A stretch of 64,000 nucleotides of DNA from Candidatus Velthaea sp. (GCA_965214935.1 CBDCCS010000003.1:32001-96000), one strand, 5' to 3'; positions 49,230 to 61,100 are shown, counted from the first letter of the stretch. Program-made: numbers and translations. The notes: generated by a model not told the origin, from the letters alone.

Positions 49230-50257
49230 ATCGCACCGGCTCGACCGTCTCGCGTTTGCTTGCGACGCAGGGGCTGCTGCTCCTCACGATCGCCCTCGTC
49301 ATAGTTTTTTCGATCGTCCTGCCCAACACGTTTCCGACGTTGCTCACCGCGCAATCGATTCTCTCGGACCGTTCGACGATCGCATTTTTGGCACTCGCCG
49401 AAATGATCGTCATCTCGGCCGGACAATTTGATTTGTCGGTCGGGTACGGTATCGGTGTCGCGCACATTCTCGCCGTCGGATTACAAGTGAAAGCCGGCGT
49501 TCCGTGGCCGCTTGCAATTCTCGCGGTTGTCGTGCTGGGCGCGTTGATCGGTTTGGTTAACGGTCTGCTCGTGCGTTTCGCCAAGATCGATTCATTTATC
49601 GCGACGCTCGGCGTCGGCACGATACTGTATGCGGTCTCCGAGTGGTATACCGGCGGCCAGCAGATCAGCGGTACGCTGGCCGCCGCGTTCATCGCGATCA
49701 ACGGCGCAGCCCCGCTGGGAATACCGGTGCCGGCGCTCTACGTGCTTGCGCTGGCCGTTATCATGTGGATCGCTTTCGAGTATTTGCCGATCGGGCGCTA
49801 TCTGTACGCGATCGGCTCGAACGAACGCGCGGCGGAGCTCATCGGCATTCCGATCACGCGGTATGTCGTCGGCGCGTTTGTCGCATCCGGCGTCATTACC
49901 GCAATCGCCGGCATCGTGCTGGGCGCCAAAGTACAAGTCGGTCAAAGCAACATCGGCCCGGAGTATCTGCTGCCGGCGTTTGTGGGCGCACTGCTCGGCT
50001 CGACCTCGGTGCGTCCCGGCCGCGTCAACGTGTGGGGCACCATCATTGCGGTATTAATTTTGGCGGTCGGCATCAGCGGCATTCAGCAAATGGGTGCGTC
50101 TTTTTTTATCGAGCCGCTTTTCAACGGAGCAACGCTCATCGTGGCCGTCGGCCTCGCCGGCTACTTCGCCCGCCGCCGTCTGCGTCTGGCCGTCGCCATA
50201 CCCGAAACACCGCGACCGATCACCGGCGAGACACCGAACTCGCACTCACCCGCATAA
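49226..50257 (+). CDS. Monosaccharide ABC transporter permease
   Basis: GQFDLSVG, SFIATLG, YAIGSNERAAELIG; GTGA overlap with the ATPase gene. Confidence 0.93.
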   Translation: MNRTGSTVSRLLATQGLLLLTIALVIVFSIVLPNTFPTLLTAQSILSDRSTIAFLALAEMIVISAGQFDLSVGYGIGVAHILAVGLQVKAGVPWPLAILAVVVLGALIGLVNGLLVRFAKIDSFIATLGVGTILYAVSEWYTGGQQISGTLAAAFIAINGAAPLGIPVPALYVLALAVIMWIAFEYLPIGRYLYAIGSNERAAELIGIPITRYVVGAFVASGVITAIAGIVLGAKVQVGQSNIGPEYLLPAFVGALLGSTSVRPGRVNVWGTIIAVLILAVGISGIQQMGASFFIEPLFNGATLIVAVGLAGYFARRRLRLAVAIPETPRPITGETPNSHSPA

Positions 50258-50270
50258 GGAGACCTGCTTC

Positions 50271-51329
50271 ATGAAACCTTACCGCATCGCCGTCAGCCTG
50301 GTGGCTGCCGCAGCCGTGCTTGTGACCGGGATGACCGGCACGCAAGCTTCGAGCTGGGATGGCCCGACGACGGGTCCCAAAGCGCAGTCCGGCAAGTTCA
50401 TCATCTACGTTTCGACCGATCAGAAAAACGGCGGCGCATTGGGCGCGAGCAACGGCGTCATGGAAGCGGCCAAAGCGATCGGCTGGCGGGCGCAAATCGT
50501 TGACGGCCAAGGCACCGTATCGGGCGAAATCACCGCGATGGGTCAGGCAATCGCGCTCAAGCCCGACGGTATCATCTTAGGCGGCATCGACGCGGTTAGC
50601 CAAAAGGCTGCGATCGATCGTGCCAACGCGAACGGTATCAAAGTCATCGGCTGGCATGCCGGTCCGCAACCCGGGCCGTTCAGCGAACCAAAAGTCGTCA
50701 CCAACGTTTCAACGAATCCCGACGACGTCGCGACTGCGACGGCAAAATACGCGATCGAACAGACGCACGGAGCAGCCAACGTCGTCATCTTTACCGACTC
50801 GGAATACGCGCTCGCGGTCCATAAAGCCAAAGTGATGCAGCAAACCATCTTAGCTTGCAAGGGCTGCGCGGTGCTGCAATACGTCGATTCACCGATCGGT
50901 GAAGCATCGCAACGGATGCCGCAGCTTGCCGTGTCGCTCAAGCAGCGGTACGGCGCGAAGATGAACTGGATGCTTGCTATCAACGATGCCTATTTCGACT
51001 TTGCCGCGCCGGCGCTGCGGTCTGCCGGTGTTGCCGCCGACGGCCCGCCGAAGTTTGCGTCGGCCGGTGACGGCAGCGTTTCGGCCTATCAGCGCATCCG
51101 CGACGGACAGTATCAGTTCGCGACCGTTCCCGAACCGCTCAATCTGCAAGGCTGGCAGGCCGTCGACGAAGTCAATCGCGCATTAGCCGGTGCGCCGCCC
51201 AGCGGCTACGTTACCAAAGCCCACGTTATCACCAAAGCCAACATCGGCGTCGACGGCGGACCGAATAATATCTACGATCCGGAGAACGGCTATCGCGACC
51301 ACTACAAAGCAATTTGGGGCGTGAAATAA
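50271..51329 (+). CDS. Sugar ABC transporter substrate-binding protein
   Basis: AAGGAG RBS, signal peptide, [12 protein letters not shown]-terminus, SAGDGS. Confidence 0.9.
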   Translation: MKPYRIAVSLVAAAAVLVTGMTGTQASSWDGPTTGPKAQSGKFIIYVSTDQKNGGALGASNGVMEAAKAIGWRAQIVDGQGTVSGEITAMGQAIALKPDGIILGGIDAVSQKAAIDRANANGIKVIGWHAGPQPGPFSEPKVVTNVSTNPDDVATATAKYAIEQTHGAANVVIFTDSEYALAVHKAKVMQQTILACKGCAVLQYVDSPIGEASQRMPQLAVSLKQRYGAKMNWMLAINDAYFDFAAPALRSAGVAADGPPKFASAGDGSVSAYQRIRDGQYQFATVPEPLNLQGWQAVDEVNRALAGAPPSGYVTKAHVITKANIGVDGGPNNIYDPENGYRDHYKAIWGVK

Positions 51330-51337
51330 GCGCTTCG

Positions 51338-52093
51338 ATGCGCGAGCCGTCGGAAAAAATCGCGCTCGTTACCGGCGCCGGAAGCGGCATCGGCAAGTGC
51401 GCGGCGCTCGCACTCGTCGACGCGGGGTTCCAAACGGTCCTCGTCGGGCGGCGTATCGAACTATTGGAGACGACCGCTGCGGCTGCCGCCGCGGGCCGCA
51501 CGCACGTCGTTGCCGCGGACGTCGCCGATCCGCACGCGGTTCAGGCGCTTTTCGCGACGTTAAGCGAACGGTTCGGCCGGCTCGACGTGCTCTTCAACAA
51601 CGCCGGCGTTTCGACGCCGGCGGTTCCGTTCGACGAACTGACGATCGAACAGTGGAACGGGGTTGTGGCCGTCAATCTTACCGGCACGTTCCTGTGCGCC
51701 CAGGCCGCCTTCCGGCAGATGAAAGCGCAACAACCGCGCGGCGGACGCATTATCAACAACGGGTCGATCTCCGCTCAGGCACCGCGGCCCAACTCGGCAC
51801 CGTACACCGCGACAAAACATGCTGTGAGCGGCTTAACGAAGGCGCTTTCGCTCGACGGGCGCGCGTACGATATTGCGTGTTCGCAAATCGACATCGGCAA
51901 CGCGGGCACCACGATGGCGTCGCACATGTCGGCCGGCGCGATGCAGGCGAACGGCACGATCGCACCCGAGCCGCTTATGGACGTCAATGACGTCGCACGC
52001 GCAGTCGTGTTCATGGCGACGTTGCCGCTGGAATCGAACGTTCAATTCATGACCTTAATGGCAACCAAGATGCCGTTTGTCGGTCGCGGTTAG
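51338..52093 (+). CDS. SDR family oxidoreductase
   Basis: [32 protein letters not shown]-terminus. Confidence 0.92.
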   Translation: MREPSEKIALVTGAGSGIGKCAALALVDAGFQTVLVGRRIELLETTAAAAAAGRTHVVAADVADPHAVQALFATLSERFGRLDVLFNNAGVSTPAVPFDELTIEQWNGVVAVNLTGTFLCAQAAFRQMKAQQPRGGRIINNGSISAQAPRPNSAPYTATKHAVSGLTKALSLDGRAYDIACSQIDIGNAGTTMASHMSAGAMQANGTIAPEPLMDVNDVARAVVFMATLPLESNVQFMTLMATKMPFVGRG

Positions 52094-52128
52094 CCGATGT
52101 CCGGTCAGTCGCTTACGGCGGGCGCCCG

Positions 52129-52890
52129 ATGATACTCGACGACTTTCGGCTGGACGGCCGCGTGGCGACGGTGACCGGCGCCAATCGCGGTCTCGGCCTA
52201 GGCATCGCCGCTGCCCTCGCGCAGGCCGGCGCCGATGTTGTTTCCGTGCAGCGCACGCACGATGCGGAGGCCGTCCGCGCCGTCGTCGAAGCGGCGGGAC
52301 GCCGTTTTCTTGCCGTCGTGACCGACGTCGGCGCGCCGGATGCTGCGACGCGCGCACTCGAAGCAACGCTCGCGACGTTCGGGCAAGCGAACATTCTGGT
52401 CAACAACGCCGGCGTGCAGCGCCGATCGCCCGCCGAGAGTTTCCCGGCTGCAGATTGGGACGACGTCATCGACGTCAATCTCAACGCGGTATTTCGCTTC
52501 GCGCAGTGTTACGGCCGGCATATGCTTGCGCACGGCGGCGGAAAAATCGTCAATATCGCTTCGGTCATCGCGCTGCAAGGCGGATACACGATCGCCGCGT
52601 ATGCCGCCGCAAAGCATGGTGTTGCGGGCATCACGCAAGCCTTGTGCAATGAATGGGCGGCGCGCGGCATCAACGTCAACGCAGTCGCGCCCGGTTACAT
52701 GGCCACGGAGATGAACGTGGCGCTCATTGCCGACCCGGTGCGCAGCACGCAAATCGGCAGTCGTATTCCCGCCGGCCGGTGGGGCGAACCCTCGGATATC
52801 GGCGGCGCCGTCGTCTTCCTTGCTTCGCACGCCGCGGCGTACGTTCACGGACAGATGCTTGCCGTCGACGGCGGCTGGCTCGCGCGTTAG
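52129..52890 (+). CDS. kduD: 2-deoxy-D-gluconate 3-dehydrogenase-like SDR (KduD-like)
   Basis: ILDDFRLDGRVA, LQGG, YAAAKHG, NEWAARGINVNAVAPGYMAT, RIPAGRWG, VDGGWLAR. Confidence 0.75.
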   Translation: MILDDFRLDGRVATVTGANRGLGLGIAAALAQAGADVVSVQRTHDAEAVRAVVEAAGRRFLAVVTDVGAPDAATRALEATLATFGQANILVNNAGVQRRSPAESFPAADWDDVIDVNLNAVFRFAQCYGRHMLAHGGGKIVNIASVIALQGGYTIAAYAAAKHGVAGITQALCNEWAARGINVNAVAPGYMATEMNVALIADPVRSTQIGSRIPAGRWGEPSDIGGAVVFLASHAAAYVHGQMLAVDGGWLAR

Positions 52891-53065
52891 CGTCAAGCGC
52901 ATCGCGCACCCTCGATTCTTCAATTGAGCAAGAATCAGATTCAGATTATTGTTGCAATGGCCGTAATGCGAAGGCGGCCTTCTGTGCGACCGCTGCACGT
53001 GCAAGGTTCAACCGGGCAACGCCCTCGGTACCTTGGTGCTTGTCCTGAGGAAGTACACTGAACTC

Positions 53066-54163
53066 ATGCGCGAGCGGACTGCGAAGTATATTCGGTTAGC
53101 TGCATGCGGAGCCGCCGCGTTACTGGCCTGCGCTTCGCCCCTTCACGCAAGCGCCGAGCAATTACCGCGAGCCAGAGTCGTTTTACCGAATGCGCTGGCA
53201 GTCGATGTCGACGCACAGACAGTCACCGTCCCGCTCGAGCGCGGCACCTATCGTGGGCGCTCCGTTTGGTATATCGTTACGGATTCTTCCGAGCAAGCCG
53301 ATGCGTCCAAGCGCGGTGCCGTCTATGCTCCGAAGCTGATCGAAATGGCCGCCGCGTGCGGGTCGTGCGTACAGACGGCACATGAAAGCGACGGTTCGAT
53401 CGACTTCCAAGGCGCCCCCGATTTCTCGCCCGTACGCAGTTTCGAGCCCGGCCCTACGGGATTTCCGCCGACCGTCGCGGCGCCCGGCTCCGTCAGTCCG
53501 AAATCATACTCGCCGTTTATACGCATCAATCGGCAGACGGCCATTCTGAATGCGCCGATCGTCGCCGCAGGCGACGGACCGTTCGACGTCGTGCGGCATA
53601 CCAATACGCTCGACCGCGTCCTTGCAATCGACACGACAAGAATGACCGCGACGTTGCTGTTGTCGCGCGGTTTTGCGAACGGAAAACCGGTCGTTTACAT
53701 CAGCACCGAAGCGTCCGATCGGGGCGTTGCTTCGATGGAGCGCGCGACGTTCGCACCGGCTTTGACTGACGTCTCCGACGGAACTATCCCAGTTTTCGCC
53801 GCTGCTAACGGCGCGATGGACGCCGGCGCGCCGCAAGGGTTTGCATTCGCGGCGTCGCGCGGCAGGCTGAGCCTGGATGCGACGCTACAAAACTCCGATA
53901 CTTTATACTCGCCGATGAATGTTTTGGGCAGTTTTCCAACCGGCGCTGACCCGGAATCTTATACACCCGTGTGGTCCGCGCATGTCGGCGTTTGGACGGC
54001 CGCCGCGCTGAGTGAGCACGCCAACGTTCAGATGCGATCGCCAAAAGATTTTCAAGCAGCTGCCGACTCCGGAAAGCTGACTGGTCCGGACGGTAAACCG
54101 TTTGGTGCAGTCGGTGTCATTGTCAACTGCGAGGTTATCGCATACATCGACAACGCACCATAA
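53066..54163 (+). CDS. Secreted hypothetical protein with an internal two-fold repeat
   Basis: Signal peptide (ASA-EQ); VWYIVTDSSE...YSP...NAP repeats as VVYISTEASD...YTP...NCE. Confidence 0.75.
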   Translation: MRERTAKYIRLAACGAAALLACASPLHASAEQLPRARVVLPNALAVDVDAQTVTVPLERGTYRGRSVWYIVTDSSEQADASKRGAVYAPKLIEMAAACGSCVQTAHESDGSIDFQGAPDFSPVRSFEPGPTGFPPTVAAPGSVSPKSYSPFIRINRQTAILNAPIVAAGDGPFDVVRHTNTLDRVLAIDTTRMTATLLLSRGFANGKPVVYISTEASDRGVASMERATFAPALTDVSDGTIPVFAAANGAMDAGAPQGFAFAASRGRLSLDATLQNSDTLYSPMNVLGSFPTGADPESYTPVWSAHVGVWTAAALSEHANVQMRSPKDFQAAADSGKLTGPDGKPFGAVGVIVNCEVIAYIDNAP

Positions 54164-54222
54164 CTGCTGAACCGCCGGCAACTTGCGCGGACGCTCGACC
54201 CCGGAGTACGTAAGGTCGGCTT

Positions 54223-57200
54223 CTAGCGAATGCGAACCGCCAGCGAAAACGTCCCGGTATTGTACGGGCTGTTGTAGCTGAGCGAGCCGGAAAATACGAA
54301 TTGTACGCTCGTGACATTGCGATCGTAGCCGGACGGAGCGCCGCCGCCGCCGCTGACCGGTGTGTAGGTCCACGTACTGCCGCCGTCATTCGAGTAGTTG
54401 ACGCTCACCGTCAAATTACTGTTGGTCAATGTCGTTGCCGCTGAGCTGATTTGAAAGTCGGTATTCGCCGGAACCGGATCGACGATGGCAAACGAATACG
54501 CTTGAGCCGCGCCGCTGTTCGTAAAAATGCCGGTGTACGTTAGCGTCGCTCCGGGCGGCTGCGCGCCGGTCGGAGCGACGCTCAGGACGGTACCGATTGC
54601 CGGGACGCCGAGCGCATTGCCGACCACGATGTTACTACCGAACTCCGAGGTGCCGTCGGCGCTCAACAAAGCGGTCGCGGTGAGAACGCTGCCGACGGTA
54701 ACGCCGCCGGGCGTCGGTAGCGAAAAGCGAAAACGGTTCGTCGTATCCGTACCGGTGTTCGTGTTTCCGCCGGGATTGTTATACGTGCCGGTCGTGCTGT
54801 CGGCATCAACCGGTGCCGAACCGGCGCCTTCGGTCAGCGTCGTAACATAGGTCTTGCCCTGACCGAAGCCGCTTGCCGGATTCGCATCTGCAATGAAGAT
54901 TTCGAGTGTTGCACCGGGTCGCGCATAACCGGTGAGCACGAGATTACCGCCGAGGATCGCTGCTCCGTCAAAAACGGGAAAGTCGAGCAGGCTATTGCCG
55001 CCGGCGGCGGTGCCGCCGTTCTTATTCGGCGTTATATACGGTGTAGCGGGGGTCGCACTTTGCGCCGACGTCAGCAAGTCGATGCCGATCTCGCCGCTGG
55101 CGGCATCACCGAGATTGTCGGTCATCGTGCCGTTGCCGAAGACGCTATTTTCGGAAAGCGTCCAATTCGTGCCGCTTCCGGCAACCATGATCCCGGCGCC
55201 GAAATTTCCCGAAATGACGTTCTTCGAGACCGTTGCGCCCGAACCGGATCCGTCGAGATAAACGGCTCCGCTCAAGCCCGGCTGTGAAGCCCCGGCGACG
55301 CCGAGTTGGTTGCTCGTCAGCGTATTGTCGGTTACGGATTTCAACGTGCCCGCGTTGGAACTTGTGATCGCCTGATTCGCGCAAGCCGTGATGAGATTAC
55401 CGCTGACGGCGATCGTGCCGGGTGTGCCGCTTGCAAGGATGTTGATGCACGCGTAGACGTTCGAACCCGAACCGCTCGACGCGCGAATCTCGTTGTTCGA
55501 TATCGTCCAGGTTGAGTTGCTGTAGATCCGGATGTTATTCGCCAGCGAAAAGCCGATCAAATTGTTTTGTAGGGTGCCCGCCGAGCCGCTACGCAGGTAG
55601 ATTCCGCCGTTTGCAATCGCCGTCGGTGCGAACGCCGCGGCGTGCGACCCGATAATGTTTTTTTCGATGAGCGCGCCGGTCGAGTAAATATCGGCCAAGT
55701 GACTGGCCATGTAGTAAAGCGCGATGCCGCGCAGCACGAAACCCGTCGCGCCCGCCTGCACTTGCAGCGCGCGATATGAACCGCCGCCGGCCAGCTCGAC
55801 TTCGGGAGCGGCAACTTGCGCTAGCGTCAGCGCATCGACGCCGACGGTGCCGCCGGTTCCGAGCGACCCGGCGTTCGTATCACCGACATCGGCCGTTTGC
55901 GTCGTTCCGTCGATCGCGACATTCGCGCGAGTCAGCAGCGCATACGACGCGCTCAACGCGATCACGGCAATGCCGTTGGTGAGCTGGTTTGTTAAACCGC
56001 TGCGCAGACCTGGATGCGCGCTGCCGTTCGAGATCATGAAGATCGATGTTTCTTGCGCTGCGGGCTGTCCGGTCTGTGCGAGCGACGTGTTGCCCAGTGC
56101 ATTCACGTTGACGATGAATTGCCCGAGCGTTCCCTGAGTGGCGGCGCCGTTGGTATTGACGATCGTATCGTAGTTGTAGCCGACATCTAGACCGCTAATG
56201 TTCGCCGTCGTGGTCGTCGCCGTCGTAATGGATTGGGGCGTTGCGCTTGCGGTCGTCAAACTCGCCAGCGTGGCGCTGTCGCCGTTTGCCGCCGCATCGA
56301 CAAGGGTCGGTGTTTCGCCGCCGACACGATCGGTGACCGCGCCGGCCGTGCCGCTGCCGGCGTCCGTGCGATACGTTTGCACGGGCAGGATACCGGCCGT
56401 CGACCCGCCGGGACGCGAGGACGTCGTCGGCGTCACCGTACGCACGATGTACGTCGTACTCGTATTGACGGCAAACGAATAGGTACCGTTCGCCGCCGTC
56501 GTCGTCGAGCTGACGAACGCACCACCGGTGTACAGCTCGACCGTCGCGCCGCTCAGACCGGCGCCGCCCGATGTCGCCAAGCTGCGGCCCGCACCGCCGC
56601 CGTAATTCACATCTTCAAAGACCGTACCGCTTAACAGCAGCGAGCCGAAACTAAAGAACAGCGTCGTACCGGACGCAGACGTCGGCACCGAAACCGTGCA
56701 GTACGTTGCACCGCAGGCGAGCGGAACGGCAGTTACGCCGGTTTGGAAATTCGCGTCGGAGGCAATCCAAAAAACCGGCGTCGCCAAACCGTTCAGACCG
56801 GCTTTGGGCACTTGGACCGTCACGTGCGCGGAACCGCTACCGGTCACTTGAGCGCGCCAGACGCGCGCCATCCGGTAGACGCCGGATTGCGCCGACATTG
56901 TCGTCGCACCGCCGTTATCGCCGAACACGATGAACGTCTGATCGCTCGTAAAGGCCGTATTCGCCGTTTGCGAAGTCGTGCTCAGCGCGCTTCCGTTGGC
57001 GATCGTCACGTCGAGCGCGTTACCGTTGGCGCTCGAATTTACCGAATGCGACACGCGCTGGTCGAGTCCGGACGTCGCGTCTTTGCCGATGCCCGTGACG
57101 TCGTATGCATAGGTCGCATTGCTCGCGCCGGCCCAAACCGTCGTTCCGGCGCTTGAAAGATAGTCGGTACCGGTGACAGCGTTCGTGGCGGTGTTAAAGC

Positions 57201-58014
57201 CGAGGGTTATTCCGTATTTTATCGCTAGGTACGATCGGACTTGCGATATTTGCGTCGCGCTTAGCGGACTTGCCAAGCTGTTGAAGTAGATAACTTCGTC
57301 GATCGTGCCGTTGAAGATTCGGCTCGACCAACCACCAGATGTACGCCCTCCGATTTCAAACTGGGTTGCGGCCGTGACTACGTTACCGTTTGAGTACGTG
57401 TTTGTGAGCCCGTTCATTGCAATCGCCGAGTTAATACCGTTGCCGGCGGTCTTATATGAAACGTCGCTCAGGATTGGACCGACGGCGCTCTGAGTGAAAG
57501 GTCCGGGTAACTGTGTATTGTTTAGGTCGACTTGATACTGTCCGCCCTGATACTGAAGACCTTGGCCCGGTCCGTTGTAGCCCGACAGCACATCACCCCA
57601 GTGATTGCCGCTTGTGTTAAGCAACGCCGAATTCGATACGGCGAAGAAATAGCTGTTTGCGCCGCTGAAAGCGCTCGACGTCAACGTTCCGCGCAGCAAT
57701 TGCGAATTTCCGTCGTAACTGACGCCCGGGTTGAAGTTCGTGTCGAGCGACACGGCAGTCGGGTTGGTAAAGCCGCTGGGTGCGGACGGTGTTGCGGAGA
57801 TCGAACCCGAGCCGCTTTGGTCGGACCAATTAATACCGTTGTAGCCTGAAGCGGTGAACCAGAGCGTGGCACCGCCGACGCCGCCGGGTTGCGTTGCAGA
57901 CGCCGTTCCGCAAGCGAAAGCAAACAGCGCGATGAAGGCGACGACGGCAAAGCGCGAAGGCCGAAACCGTTGCCTCAAAACAAACGTGCCATGGCTTGAT
58001 CTTACTATCGGCAC
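54223..58014 (-). CDS. Large secreted surface protein/adhesin: LamG-like N-domain, SdrD-B-like domain, right-handed beta-helix, C-terminal DUF11
   Basis: QPGGV..LW...WSDQSG and FNGTIDEVIYF...SYLAIKYGITL; LSGTVFEDVN; repeated N/I-rich beta-helix rungs; PGATLTYTGIFTNSG. Start uncertain. Confidence 0.8.
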   Translation of the reverse strand: MPIVRSSHGTFVLRQRFRPSRFAVVAFIALFAFACGTASATQPGGVGGATLWFTASGYNGINWSDQSGSGSISATPSAPSGFTNPTAVSLDTNFNPGVSYDGNSQLLRGTLTSSAFSGANSYFFAVSNSALLNTSGNHWGDVLSGYNGPGQGLQYQGGQYQVDLNNTQLPGPFTQSAVGPILSDVSYKTAGNGINSAIAMNGLTNTYSNGNVVTAATQFEIGGRTSGGWSSRIFNGTIDEVIYFNSLASPLSATQISQVRSYLAIKYGITLGFNTATNAVTGTDYLSSAGTTVWAGASNATYAYDVTGIGKDATSGLDQRVSHSVNSSANGNALDVTIANGSALSTTSQTANTAFTSDQTFIVFGDNGGATTMSAQSGVYRMARVWRAQVTGSGSAHVTVQVPKAGLNGLATPVFWIASDANFQTGVTAVPLACGATYCTVSVPTSASGTTLFFSFGSLLLSGTVFEDVNYGGGAGRSLATSGGAGLSGATVELYTGGAFVSSTTTAANGTYSFAVNTSTTYIVRTVTPTTSSRPGGSTAGILPVQTYRTDAGSGTAGAVTDRVGGETPTLVDAAANGDSATLASLTTASATPQSITTATTTTANISGLDVGYNYDTIVNTNGAATQGTLGQFIVNVNALGNTSLAQTGQPAAQETSIFMISNGSAHPGLRSGLTNQLTNGIAVIALSASYALLTRANVAIDGTTQTADVGDTNAGSLGTGGTVGVDALTLAQVAAPEVELAGGGSYRALQVQAGATGFVLRGIALYYMASHLADIYSTGALIEKNIIGSHAAAFAPTAIANGGIYLRSGSAGTLQNNLIGFSLANNIRIYSNSTWTISNNEIRASSGSGSNVYACINILASGTPGTIAVSGNLITACANQAITSSNAGTLKSVTDNTLTSNQLGVAGASQPGLSGAVYLDGSGSGATVSKNVISGNFGAGIMVAGSGTNWTLSENSVFGNGTMTDNLGDAASGEIGIDLLTSAQSATPATPYITPNKNGGTAAGGNSLLDFPVFDGAAILGGNLVLTGYARPGATLEIFIADANPASGFGQGKTYVTTLTEGAGSAPVDADSTTGTYNNPGGNTNTGTDTTNRFRFSLPTPGGVTVGSVLTATALLSADGTSEFGSNIVVGNALGVPAIGTVLSVAPTGAQPPGATLTYTGIFTNSGAAQAYSFAIVDPVPANTDFQISSAATTLTNSNLTVSVNYSNDGGSTWTYTPVSGGGGAPSGYDRNVTSVQFVFSGSLSYNSPYNTGTFSLAVRIR

Positions 58015-58121
58015 TGCGGCGTCACGATCGTACCTCGATGCGCACGCTCGAGCCGAGGATTTCGCCGGCTACGACGAGCGTCGAGCTCGCTCAATTTCGG
58101 CGGCCCAAAGCGCCCGCGCGG

Positions 58122-61100
58122 TCAGGGCCGGCCGCCCCACCCGAATAACCGGTCCACGACCGACGTAGCGGTAAAGTAGAATCCGCACTTACTCGGACTT
58201 GCCGACAATGCCGCATCGCCGGATCTGCGAAAATTGTAGCCCGCGGCGAGGCGCATGCGGTCGCCGATACGCAAGCCTGTTTCGACCGCTGCGCCGAGCG
58301 TTGTCGAACCGCTCACCGCGGCGGCAAACGTCTTGCGCAGCTCGAAACCAAGGTCCAGGCGCGAACCGATTTTGCGATCGGCGCGTAAGCCGAGCAGCGA
58401 CGTATTGGCAGCGAAACTCGCATCGCCGTCGAGCTTGTAGGCATACCGCGCCGATAGTTCGGTGCGTGCGTCGGGCCGGAAGAACTGGTCGACCGAAACG
58501 ACGCCGCTGCGGCTCGACGTCGTCGAACTCGTGCCGCCGATGCGCTCGAACTGGGCCAGCGTCACGTTGCGATCCGACGCGTTGCCGCGCCAGGCAACGC
58601 CGACCCGAGCATCGCTCGAGCCGAAGCCGGCCGCGCGCGAACCGAGCACCGTTGCAAATAGCGACAGGTCCGCAAGCAGCGGGCCGGCGGCGGCAAACGA
58701 ATATGTCGTGCCGCCGGCGCCGCCGTTGCGTTGTTGCAGTGACGCCGTCGAATGAAAGCCGGTTGCCGCGTTGCCGTAGGCCAGCGATGCGCCGTACGCC
58801 GTGAAACCGGTTGCGTTCGTCCCGGCGGCATTCGCGTGTTGCACGTACGCATCGCCGCGCAGTGCCGGTGAGAACGTAATACGTTCGCGTACGCCCAGCG
58901 CGGCATACAGGTCGGAGCCCGCCCCGGTACGTTCGACGAGGTACTCGCTATCGGCGGAAAGAGTCGGACTCAGCGTGCGTTCGATCCCGATTTCCGTCGA
59001 ACGCGTCGCTGCCGCCGCCGAGGTGAGTCCGACCGTTGACGCAGCGAAGCTTTGCGCCGGTGCGGCGCTGAACGTTTCGCGCACGAACGCTCGGCCCGCG
59101 TCGCCCAGCCGATAACCGGCTTGAAATTGCGTTTGATTGGGTTCGGAAAGCGACGCACCGCCGCTCAGGCTTTGCGTGCGCGAAGCATCGACGGTAAGCC
59201 GGCTGCCGATCCGGTCGCTTAAGGCCAGCGTCGCCAGCGTCGTGTCGCTCGTCTGCGTTCCCAAAATCGGCACAATCGCTGCGGCCGGGATGCCCGATTG
59301 GGCGAGCGCCGGCGCGCCGGCAACGGCGGGCGCTTGCGGCGTTCCGCTGCGATTGATTTGGCGAACCAATCCGAAGACGATGCTCAATCGCTTCCACAGC
59401 GTGCGGTGAACGTGCGCCTCGAATTGCGATTCGCTTGCCGGTGCGCTCAGGCCGAGGTTGGCCTGGTGATCGGCGCTAACTGTAATGTCGCCGGCGCCGT
59501 TCGCCAAGCGATGCGTGAACGATGCCCGTGCGTCGAGCAGCCCCGGCGTCGACAAACCGCCGAACGGGTTCGAATAGCCGGCCGTCGTCGTCGAAAAATT
59601 CGCATTGACGCTGTTGGCACCGCTCGTCGTTGTGAGCCGTGCATGCAACGCATCGCCGCCGGCCGGTGCGCCTTCGATTCCGTTGGCGAAGCCCAGGCTG
59701 CCGCGACTCACGACATTGACGATGGACCAGCTGCCGTTTTTCAACGTGCCGGCAATATCGGCATTGAGCAACGACATGTTGCCGGCGCCGGTGGAATCAT
59801 TGACGTAACCGGCGCCGACACGAATGCCGTTATGTAACCCGATTTCGGTCCGTCCGCCGATGGTACGCGAACCGGAACCCGCGGACTGGTATTCGTACGT
59901 CAAAACGACCTGCTGCGGATTACCCGAATCATCGAACGGTAGCGGAATGTTGATGAACCGGAACGCTCCGCTTGCGTCGTCGAGGACGTAATCAACGTTC
60001 GGCGCCAGCGTGGACTGCGTTACAATAGCACCGGTGCGGCGATCGAGCGACACCAGCGTGACTGTTTCGGAACCGACAACGATATTCGGAAACAGCAGCT
60101 GACCCGTCGACGAAAGCGCCGTCGGCGCGAAAACGCGACGATCGTATGCAATATCGTTTTGGGTGGCGAAAGCGCTGAACGAACGGTCGGAACCGGCAAG
60201 CTTGAGCTGCGCACCGTCGACGAGTTGCGTGTATCCTTCGCTCGTGTCGGTCGTCGGCGAAGTTGACGCATTGAACTCGCCCCACGTCAGCGCGTTACGG
60301 CCGCGGTCGAGTTGAAAAAATAAGTGATCGCGTGAGAGGGCATCGTCGCGGCGCAGGCTTTCATCGCCGTAATTCGTGTATGGCCGTTCGTTGGGATCGT
60401 CGACGAACGCGCCGGTCGTGGTGTTGCGTTCGAGCCGATTCGCCGTATCGTATGCCATCGTCGCGAGCGTCTTCTCATCGATTGCGCCGGTAGCGTAAAT
60501 TGCAATGCGGGCGCGCCGCGAATTAACACCGTCCGGCTGGTCGGCTGCGGCGGCCGGATCGCCCGGAACGGCGCCGACACCCGCGGTGATCAAGCCGTTA
60601 ACGAACGGCTTGCGGATGTTGGGACCAAGGAAGAACCGGCCGATCGCTTCGAGTCGCGCGCTGGTCGCCCGAACGTCGACGTTGCCCGCCACGAGTCCGG
60701 GCACGAAGCGCACTTTGGCGATTCCACCGGCTTCGAGCGGTACTTCGGTGAAGCGCTGCGACGCCGTCGCCGCGGCGGTGACCGGTAAGCCGGCGGCTGC
60801 ATCCGCATCGTGCGCAAGGTCGCCGGCCGCCGGCGCCGGCAGTTGCGCTTGCGGCGCAGCGGCCGCTATTGCCGCCGTTGCCGTTGCCGTTGCCGCGCTT
60901 GGCGGGAGTAGCGTGACGTTGCTGCTCGAGCCGCGATCCACAAATCCGTCGCCGGTCAAGAGCTCGATACGGACGGGCATGCCGGGCAAGGCCGGATGTC
61001 CCCACGCATCGGTGGCAACGACGCTGATCGTGTTCTCGGAGCGGCCGTCGGCATGCATCGGACCGCTGATGCGGATGCTCAAACTCGTCGCCGGTCCGGG

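Noticed and set aside
60878..60896. GCCGTT x3 short tandem repeat
   Set aside because: It encodes an Ala/Thr low-complexity linker in frame and is too short to imply phase variation.
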